DNA of 64,000 nucleotides from Isurus oxyrinchus. Lineage: Eukaryota. The position numbers and the translations under genes were made by a program. Under the pieces are notes generated by a model. It did no database searches. It worked only from the letters and a program-made list of their open reading frames with translations, and was not told where the DNA came from. The stretch covers positions 6,014,001 to 6,078,000 of the forward strand of contig JANJGN010000034.1 of assembly GCA_026770705.1 (NCBI GenBank). Reading direction: 5' to 3'. Below, one piece after another: positions 54,635 to 64,000 of this stretch (positions within the stretch are counted from its first letter, which is position 1; each line of letters starts with the position of its first letter).

Positions 54635-55050
54635 AGTGTTGGCTCAGCTTGTAACACTCTCAGTATCAGCTTGGATCTCGTGGTTTCAAATGTAATTGGA
54701 AATCCTGATCACTAAGACTTGGCTGACAATGTTGGTCGCCAATAGTTTAAGAGTACTGACCTGCCGGGCGTGTCATCTCTAAGGCGAGATGTTAAAGGAA
54801 ACTAATATTTCCCCACACACACAGGCATACTTCGATAAACATTTAAGGGTTGCCTTCAATGTACTTGTGTGAATGACATTCAAATCAACAGTGATTCATA
54901 CAGAAACAATTTCTACTGTTCATATTTGTGAGAATTGCTGTTTCTTTTCCAACATTACAATAACAAATACAATTCTCAAGAATCCAATATGGGAGGAAAA
55001 TTTCATTGAGAATTTCTGAGTTCATGGATGAAATGATATAAATCAAGGTT
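54635..55050 (+). mobile_element. tRNA-derived SINE relic (unit 2 copy)
   Basis: tggctcagcttgtaacactctc...ggtttcaaat...ggctgaca...agtactga; homologous to 25455-25870. Confidence 0.55.
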
Positions 55051-55193
55051 CTTGATTGCCCAGTTTCTGAAGATATGCTGATGAGTGTCTTTAGGCTGGA
55101 TCTGTTCTGGCAGCAGTGAATGCTGTAATGACATTTTTTTTGCAGAAAACCAAACTTGATGGATTGATAAAATGTTGCTATGCTCATTTTCAG

Positions 55194-55229
55194 AAATAAA
55201 TGATCTCCAGACTAAACTTCAGAAATGCG
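55194..55229 (+). CDS. Microexon 13, unit 2 (36 nt; EINDLQTKLQKC)
   Basis: ctcattttcag|AAATAA...AAATGCG|gttagt. Confidence 0.86.
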
Positions 55230-57046
55230 GTTAGTAAATATTTAAAATTCAGAAAACCAGTGACCTAAGAGGATTTTTGTGCGCAAATTATAGAACTGAA
55301 CTCATAAAAATGGATAGCCGCTGACTCCCTGCGACTCTGAGTTGGATGAAGTGATTCAGGAAAAGTGACTGATTGAGTAGGCGCTGGCAGGATTTCAGCA
55401 TACTGATCTTAAGCATCTTCCTGAAATGGTGGTTCAAATTTCAACGATGAACATTCATGAGAGATGTGCTTGATCATTGAGATTAGGAACATGTAAAGCT
55501 GGGTACAGTTAAGGTTGTGTCTTGTTGCGGTCGGCCAGAACATTTACGCGGTTGTGGAGAGTTCGGCTAGGTATAGGTCCGGATTTGTCCGCTCCATGCA
55601 CGTGTATCTAGAGCTAAGGGCCACTCTGGTTGAGACCAGCAATGGATGGGGGCTGTTCTGAGTGAGGTAGGCTTGAGGAGGCTCACTATAGCTGAGTCAC
55701 TGGAGGGAGAAATCTGCTTTTTCTGTGGCTGGCTCTGGCTGAATTGGGAACAGGGCGAGTTGGGCTATGATTGTGCCTGCTTCTACATGTGATCCACAGT
55801 GATTCGCATCCTGTATTTATTTTGTAAATTATAGGTGCTGGTCTTTATGCGTAAAACCAGGTACCAGCAAGTTCGAATGCAGTTGTGTTCGAGGCAGCAG
55901 GATATCCATCTTACTGTATGCAATCATCTTAGAGATCCAGTATGATTAGGCTGCATAGGCTTGAGTCAGCTATATGCAATTTTGTGTATCTTTGAGGTGT
56001 AGTCATTAAGTGTGCCACATCTGTTGGTGCGGAATGGCATAGGAAGCATAATTGTTGTGTGACAGCTAATTTGAATGAGGTTAAACTTTTGCGATATCGA
56101 TAAGTATGGGCTGATATCAATGAGGTCTTAAAATATTGAGTTAGAAAAGTGGCAAGTTAAGCTAGGGATAAGGTTGGGTATAGATGCGCTCGCACCATTG
56201 AGAATTATGGTCATGTGGAATCAACATTTCCCGCGAGATGGTGTCAGTGAATTTTGTAATAGTTGACGTTCAGAACGGGTATGTTTGAGTTCAGAGGGCA
56301 TCACGTTAGTTTCATGATGGAGAAAAGGAATGGGGCATTGGTAATTTATTGTATGTTTGAGGTCGCTAAAATTCAGTTTTACAATCGTTACATCGCATAT
56401 GGGATTGAGATCAGGTAGCAGTTACATCCTGTTTGTTTGGTCTTAGGCACGAGTGAGTGACAGAATTTTTTAGTGTATGATTGGACCTGTGAGGGACAGA
56501 GCCGGGCAGTGGTCAGAAATTACTGTAGAATCTCCTATAAATATTCAGCAGGTCGAGGAAATATTTCTGGAGAGAGGAACAAACGTTGAAGCTTCAGGTC
56601 GATGAGCTTTTCCAGCAGGCAGAAAGGTTCACATGGCACCATGTTTGTAAAAGCACAGGAGTCTCGTAGCCAGTATGTATGGTTATCCAACAAAGTACAA
56701 GCAGGTTATCTGGCCTTTGCAACATTGTGTTTTTGTGGGTTTCCGGTAGGGTGAGTTGGTGCTAATTGACTGCTGCATCTCATACATTACGATTATGGTT
56801 ACGATTAAAATGTTTGTCATTGCAAAACTCTTTGGAATAGCTGTGGTTGTGACGTCAATGAACAAGCACAATTCACTACCTAAATTAAAATGTGTACATT
56901 ATGATAATGATAATAGAATCATGCTTGCAAAATTGAAGCTAAGGACCAGCTTAGCCACATTCAATGTTCACTGAATAAAAATTTCCAACATGTGAGAGGC
57001 TTCAATTATATCTAAATCAGTGATTTTATCTTTCACCCTTCGACAG

Positions 57047-57073
57047 AAGAGAACCTAAAATCGATAGAAAAAG
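57047..57073 (+). CDS. Microexon 14, unit 2 (27 nt; EENLKSIEK)
   Basis: tttcacccttcgacag|AAGAGA...GAAAAAG|gtactg. Confidence 0.82.
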
Positions 57074-59169
57074 GTACTGTACTTACGTACTTCTTGTGTT
57101 AAAGTGATGTCAATTACTTTTGTATCTGATAATTGATACTTTCAGCCATTCTCCAAAGTGGGCTATTATAAAATGTTGCAAAAGCTATCAACTGAGCAAT
57201 CCCGCATGAAGGATTTTGGCAAATTATATGTGGGGAAGATGATTCGTGGGAGACACCAAACCTACAGAATGTATAAAGAAAAACGTATAATGTATTATAG
57301 TATCTATCCAATATGGAATTTAAGAACTTTATCTTTATACATACAATGTACAATCTTTTGCTGTATAGCACAATGTATGGAAGGGAATCTAGTTAAACGC
57401 ACATGATAACAAGAAAGAGAAGATGATCTTAATTGAGTGAAATGAAGTAGGGTAGATGTAGTACCATGTGAAATTTAAATGCCAATGGGTGGAATGGCTG
57501 CATGATGGCCGCTTTCTACTCTGAAAATGTAGTATAATGTTTCCATTTTGAGCAGTTTAAAATGCGTATTACCAGATTCATCGCTGAATAGGCACTCGTC
57601 TGATTTGTGCTTCTTATAATTGCAACAGGGCATCACACAGGGTATTGAACGGGAAGAAGTTGCATATCACCCGTGTTGTTTAGCTTCCAAAGTTCGACTT
57701 CCTCCTGCTGCTAGCTTTTTAGAAGTTTATATTTTCTTCTCAAAACAGAAGAATACAGGATATCAACTTCCGGCAGAATATTGGAATACGAGCTCTCAAT
57801 CCAACCCTCTAACTAACAAGAATGACAAAAACAAGTTTCACATATATAGCATGGTTAACATTTCAGAATGTTGGCAAGTGCATCAAACTATCGTTGTAAC
57901 GCAACAATTGATGCAGCTCAGCATAAGGCTACATTTGAACCCTTGGCAAAAAGTTTGATCAATGAATTAGCCATTAAGAGGCATGTTAAAAGTGGAAAGA
58001 CGTGTGAAGGGGCATCATTTAGTAAAGATTTACTGATTCTGTGATGCTGCAGCTGCATTCAGTGTTGCAATATTGAAGCAATTAATATCGCGAGATGAGC
58101 AGAATTACATTTCGGTGTGCACAGGTGCAGAACCAAATTACAGAGCTAACGATGGCTGAGGCCATCGAGGGATCTGGAACAAGGAGAATCAATTAGCACT
58201 TTAAAACCAAGGCATTTCTATTCCCTGGAACGTCTTATATAGCTGTGGATGCTACTTGAAAGACTGAAAGTAATTTTCTGTATGCATTCATTATATTGAA
58301 TTGCATGACATTTGCTGCACAACAGAAGGAAATTTGGCCCAAAAGGCCCAATTTGACATGCATTCTCTGTTCAGGGAGCATCGTATCCGACAACGTCGCA
58401 TTGCAATTGGGTTAGAACTTAGAAATAGAGTAATTGATTTTAATTGTACGAAGAAACTTCGTTCAAAACACTACAAAGATAAGAGTTCGATATCGAAGAT
58501 GAACATATGCACAACAGAAGCTAGAAAAAAAATACAATGATGAAATGGGAACTTTGAGATCTTCAGAATAGCAACAAATGAGCAGACTCCCTTTCATTTG
58601 TGCAGAAAGCAGACGATAATGTGCTTGTCCTGATAGCTCATCGGACCAATGAAAAAAATTGGCAGTGGAAACGTAAAGAAAATTCTTCGAAATACAAGGG
58701 AAGTGAAACAGCGTACGTCGAAGCAAAATCACCACTAATGCACCCTATCGTGGTTTTAGACAACTTTGTTTAAACAGTGAAAGATCACACTGTGGAATTC
58801 GTTATATCAATTACAGGTTGAAGCAATAGTATACAATTTTTAAAAATCATTTGATAATGAAATCATTGTTGCAGAGAGAAGAGGGACATACATCCCGTTG
58901 TATTGGCTGTCTGCCAGCACATCTTTTGCAAGCCCCACTCTCCTTTCCTTGTTGCCTGGTACTTTCATCTCTTCGGATGTTTTGCTAATTCCAGTTTGAA
59001 AGCCATTATTGAATCTACCTCCACTAAATTCTCAGGCATTGCAATGCAGTTCTTAACGTTTACTGTATTCCAAATAAATGTACTTCCTGTCGCTGTTCTA
59101 CGCATTCTAATTTTGTGTTCGCTTGTTCTTCACTCTTCTATCAACTGGAAAATTAAAGATATGAAAACA

Positions 59170-60075
59170 CAATCTAGGGTCAGGGTTCATTCAGTTGCCC
59201 ATTCATGGTTGCACCGCCATTCAGTAAGACTATATGTGATGGATTGTAACCTGCTGCCTACCCACGATAACCTTTCAACCTCTTGTTACTCATGAATCTA
59301 CCTAGCTCTGACTTTACAATAACCAAAGACTGTGCTTCAACTGCCGTTTGAGGAAGATAGTACCAAAGACTCTCGACCTTCTGAAAAAAAAATCTCACCT
59401 CTGTTTATATTGAGCGACACCTTATTTTTAAAATTCTAACCCCTAGTTCTAGATTCTCCCACAAGAGGAAATAGACTCTCCAGATCAATTCTGACCATAC
59501 ACCTCGGGATCTTTAATATTTTGATAAGGTCACCTCTTACTGTCCTAAACAAAAGAGGATACAAGTGTAAGGTGTCCAACCTTTCATCAAAAGACAACAC
59601 GACAATTCCTGGTTATGCACTAGTGGACCTTTTCTTAACTGTTTCTAACACATTTACACATTTCCTGAAATAAGCAGGCCAATAATGTACACGGCACTGC
59701 AGATGTGGGCTCACTAGTGCCCTATAGAAATGAAGCATAAGCTCCCTGCTTTTGAGACAATTCCCATCATAATGAAAGATACCATTCAACAGCTTTCTTA
59801 ATTGATTGCTGTTCCTGCCTACTAGCCTTTTGTGGTTCATGCAGTAGGACACCCAGTTCCTTCCAAATCTCAGAGTTCTGCAACATCTTATCATTCATAT
59901 AATATACTTCTTTTCGATTAACACTGCCACAATTTTCTCTTCTCCTACTTTATAATCTATTTCCCTGGTCTTTGCGCGGTCACTTACCTATCAATATTGC
60001 TTTATAGCCTGCTTATGTACTTCCCATAACTAAGCTTCCTATCTACGTTTGTGTGGTCAGCAAATTTAGCAACCA
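59170..60075 (-). mobile_element. CR1-type LINE 3' fragment (unit 3 copy)
   Basis: KSRELMLHFYRALVSPHLQCRVHYWPAYFRKCVNVLETVKKRST resembles CR1 [33 protein letters not shown]. Confidence 0.82.
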
Positions 60076-62346
60076 CAAACCTCCATATTTACATCGTTCC
60101 GAATTCTCATATTTGTATCCCTCTATGAAATCTCCACTCAACCGTCTCTTCTTAAAGTAAAATATACGAGGTACTGAAATCTACATATTCAGTCCCTCAT
60201 CCCTCATTCTTGTAAACGTTTTCTAAAATCTCGTTAAAGACTTCGGATCTTTCAAAATTATGGGTCGTTGCTTTGACCATGCAGTTCGTGCAGCTAAGTT
60301 ATTGAAAACCCCAGAGGAAAAGTTATAACAACTGTCATAACCTATAATTGTGAGTGATATGTTTAACATGCAACTTTAAATTCAGGAAAAATACCCGTTG
60401 TTCTCGAGAGGTTTTACATTCAGCTAAATGAAACCTAATTAATTTGCCTAAGTTAAATTTATGCTCGAGGCTCCAAATTACTACGATCATAACTTTTAAC
60501 ATATTCCCAAACTAATACCCGTTAAGGGAACATGAGCTCAAAGAATTGGCCAGGCAGAATATTTTACGTTGCAAAATAGAGGCTATTTTTGTGTTGGTGT
60601 TTGTGCAGACAGTTGGAGCCTTTCAACTGCTTTTGATCGCACACTGCTTCTGCTCTACACATTCAAAGCTGCTCAAATTATTCCTAGCATTGTTCATTGC
60701 ATGCACTTTATCATTGAATCACAAGCCTCTTTGAACTCAAACTTTTAACAATAAATCAACTTTCATAGAAAGAATTTTATTAGGTATGTAAAGATAATGC
60801 TAGTATCTGCTGTGTAGGTGGTATTTTTCACCTCACTTCTTGAATACAATATCAAAGAATGCAAATAAAGGCTATTTATCTTACATAGAAAAATAGTATA
60901 CATCAAAGAGTCCAGACTGGCTGGCTTTAATCCAATTAAGACACACCCAAAAACTAACCCTCTATTATAAAATATTTCTGTTTTCCGTAATAATGTAGAT
61001 ATTAATAACTTCGTTGCAGTCCCATTATTGGACACAATGCTCAAGTTGAGGCAGAACCTATGTTTTATAATTATTCATTGCAACATCCCTGATTTTTTTG
61101 TCAACGCCTCTCTTTCTTAAATTCAGGATCTGATTAGTTTCCTTAAAAAATCATCAACAAGTCTAGCTGTTTAAGCGATATGTTCACATATACCCCTAAC
61201 TCGCTCTGACCTTTTGGTTTGTTACACTTTGGATTTTATTACATCCCATTGCTCTACTGAACAAAATGTGTCAGCTCATGCCTTTTTGTTCTGCAATAGA
61301 TTTCATCTGCAAAAATCCTCTCCCTTCCAGGAGTTGTCCTCTGGCGACCAAGTGGAGCTGAATAACACAAATCTAAAAAAAAAGACAAACATAACTGAAC
61401 GGAACTCATATAAAAAAATAGTTAAATGCATGCCCAGTAATATGAAATAGTACAAGGCAGCTTACGGCCATCAATCGTGGGGTGGAATCAGGCACAGTCA
61501 GGATTACTGAGGCATGCCTACAGGGCAACCTGGCCTGCAATTTAACCTTGTAGTGTCTGCCGTATGTAGAAAGGATAGAGTGGGGCCAAATGCTATCTGT
61601 ATTAGCTGTGCCTTTTCGAGATTACATTCTGTTTTCAGCAATCGCTAAAAGATTCATCGCTTTGACGAAGTTCCCAAAAACAAAACAATCACGAGACTTA
61701 GTTTCTGCAGGGATGTAATTTCAGGAGCTGAACCAAGAAATACATTTGGGAATCTGGCAAAAAAAATTATCTTTACCTAAGTGAATAGCACAGATGCATT
61801 CAAGAGTAAGCTAGGTAAATATATTGGTGAGAAGATGATAGAGGCTTTCAGTAATAAATTTACATGAGGAAATATAGAAAGAATTTCAAGTGAAGCTTTA
61901 GCGCTTGATGGGCTGAAATATCTCCTTCTGTGATATATATCCTCAGCATAACTGCAGTTAATTAAATAACCTAATCGATACTTAAACACGGCCGAATAAT
62001 CTACTACTGTTTCTATTTTAATGTATATAACTGCGTAGAGATAGTTAACTAAATTCATGACTGAAACAGCAGCCGAGTAAGCAAAAAATGTTATCTCTGC
62101 AATTAGTTACAATGATTGGCAAATTGATCTGTCATTTGAATACAACCAGATGAACTGACATAACTCTGCTCATTCCAACTGGACTGGTGGGAGAATTGTA
62201 AAATTCATTGCCCATCCAAGTTGTCATTGCGGCGTTAATTTATGGACCCTTTTCTGCACAAAGCCCGATGTAATAATTTCATTTTTATCCTATTAAACAT
62301 TGTGTGTCATTGGACAAAAATGTGTTCATACTTTAATTTTCCTTAG

Positions 62347-62373
62347 AACTCTATGACCTGCAGCAAAAGTGCA
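62347..62373 (+). CDS. Microexon 1, unit 3 (27 nt; ELYDLQQKC)
   Basis: ttttccttag|AACTCT...AAGTGCA|gtaagt. Confidence 0.88.
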
Positions 62374-63864
62374 GTAAGTATTAGCTACTGCGCTGATTTA
62401 CTATTTTTTTCTGCTAAGATATTTCGACTTCCTGAGCATGTATGTTTGTGCTGGTCTCCCGTTGTAATTCAGGAATCGTGGGCTAAAAATCCCCCAAGTA
62501 GCATCTCCGAAACAATTTTACAAAGTTTCACATTCGGAAGTTCTTGCATTAAGTTCAAGAAGTTACTCAGTTTGCAGTCCGACATAGTTCAATGCTTTGC
62601 CAAAAGTTGAAATCTTCTCCATGCAAATCCGCTGTTACTTCATGGAAACAGCTTCTGCAATTGAATCGTTTATTGTAAATCATTAAGAGATTTTCTGAGA
62701 GACATGAAACATGATGTGATTTTGACGCCCCTCGTCCTTTAAATTGCAATGCTGAAGTACAGTTATTTTGCAGATACAGGGGTAGACTGGCAAGTCGCGG
62801 GATTCGTCAGCTGCCTCCCACAATGCACTCGCTCAATTTGCAGTTTATTTATACTCGACGTGATTGACACTGCAGAGATTTTAGAACACGACCCTACCAA
62901 AAAACGCGTCCCATTTAAATGTCGCCTCTGTGCTGGCCGTGGTTGGACAAGAATAGAAAGTGATCTGCAACTTGGTGGGGTAAATTTAGAGACGGACATT
63001 TTACATTTCTAGGCTTACATTTGCATAGCTGTATACAGATCGTAGAAAGTAGCTTCCTGCTGGTTTCATTTATCCCACCTGAACTTTTGCTTGGATATCT
63101 TGAATGTACAATTCTGACAACAAAAATAGAGTAATAGAGCCATCGGATAAAATGCAATAAGCATTAAAAGTCCTATCAGAACTGAGAAGGTTTTGAAGTT
63201 CTTAACAGTCGGCATAGTGAGTAGTATTACACTCATGACAGCGGGTGGGAAGGTGTCGTAAACTGACAATTAATATGATAGTCCGTAACAGATCAAGAAT
63301 GGGTTACATAAATGCAACTTCACTTATTGAGTGGCTCAAACATGAATTTTCTCACTGCAGGGAACAGTCGCGCCTGATAACATATACACATGTAAAGGGA
63401 GAAAGACGCACAGAAACATAAAAACCGAATTATTCATTGGGTAATTAGAGACTGGCAGAAGGAGTCTCTTCTGATTCCTTAACACTGATATCGTGGACTT
63501 GAGCTGACAGTCCTGCTTATTTAGTGTTACTAATTCTACGTAAATCTAGAACGCATCAATTGAAGAAATGTTATCCCTTTTAGCACCTTTTTGTTACTCA
63601 CACTCACTGCGATACCACCCCTTCTTACCCCAGCACACCTCTCTAAATTCAAAACTCTTCCTGGCCGGACAGGGGAGTGCCAATTGGTCCTTGCTTGATG
63701 GCCCTGCCCAAAAGTACGCATTACATGGACTGTCATAACTTGCCCTGCCGCGATTGAAATAATCTACTACTAATGAATATAACAACTCAGCCACAGTATG
63801 CACTCTAGTAGCGTCATGTGTCAATAAAAGGCCGGCGGGTGAACTATTCCTGTTACTCTTGCAG

Positions 63865-63891
63865 AAGCTGATCTCGACCAAAAAGATGAGG
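63865..63891 (+). CDS. Microexon 2, unit 3 (27 nt; KADLDQKDE)
   Basis: ctcttgcag|AAGCTG...GATGAGG|gtaaag; identical to the unit 1 exon. Confidence 0.88.
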
Positions 63892-64000
63892 GTAAAGTAC
63901 AACATCAAACGTGCAGTATTTCGTTTCCATTGCATTTACTATTTGCCGCACGTTAGGGAAGTAGTTGAATTTAATGACAGCGGACTCAGTGTCCAGAAGA

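Larger units (their letters stand above)
29205..58359 (+). repeat. Tandem segmental duplication, unit 2
   Basis: Colinear with unit 1, including the same TE relics and all 14 microexons. Confidence 0.97.
5785..63891 (+). other. Interior of a large multi-exon gene: array of 30 symmetric phase-1 microexons encoding a long Cys-containing coiled coil (5' and 3' ends outside the window)
   Basis: 30 AG...GT-bounded segments of 15/27/36 nt recur at homologous positions in the tandem units and join into one stop-free E/K/L-rich reading frame with 3-4 hydrophobic periodicity. Confidence 0.88.
58360..64000 (+). repeat. Tandem segmental duplication, unit 3 (partial, with a ~2.1-kb internal deletion)
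   Basis: Matches unit 1 positions 1-~2940, then ~5088-7415. Confidence 0.95.

Noticed and set aside
1-64000. Shark-type immunoglobulin/TCR cluster or tandem whole-gene array
   Set aside because: I found no V/C domain exons, leader exons or paired heptamer-nonamer RSS; the units contain only coiled-coil microexons
1-64000. Prokaryotic features (CRISPR array, operons, rRNA/tRNA genes)
   Set aside because: The sequence is intron- and LINE-rich vertebrate DNA with no short regularly spaced repeats or recognisable structural RNA genes

Overview
Eukaryotic genomic DNA, probably a cartilaginous fish judging from recalled repeat families (CR1/L2/RTE LINE relics, a DeuSINE/SacSINE1-like SINE). The window is about 2.2 copies of a diverged ~29.2-kb tandem unit (1-29204, 29205-58359, 58360-end; roughly 85% identity in a hand-compared sample). 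The ORF track is mostly LINE debris or noise and misses the real coding signal. Each full unit carries 14 tiny + strand exons of 15, 27 or 36 nt, and 30 are visible in total. All are flanked by AG/GT, all are multiples of 3 in phase 1-1, and none has a stop or indel. Spliced together they encode one continuous Glu/Lys-rich coiled coil with core cysteines. Unit 1 reads ELYDLQKKC-KADLDQKDE-EFAKKTGEL-ENVKK-ELGTCQDTVKDL-EKLRR-ELSDCQQAVKDL-EEKLNAKER-EILTCQESLKHS-ETKLKGKEK-ELNDIQQKC-RGDLWDKDS-EINDLQTKLQKC-EENQKAMEK and continues in frame into the next unit. I found no start, stop, Ig, TM or other domain exon, so this looks like the interior of one very large gene whose rod domain grew by duplicating a 14-microexon cassette. 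The architecture recalls butyrophilin/chicken BG heptad tails or lectin necks, but the gene cannot be identified from this window.
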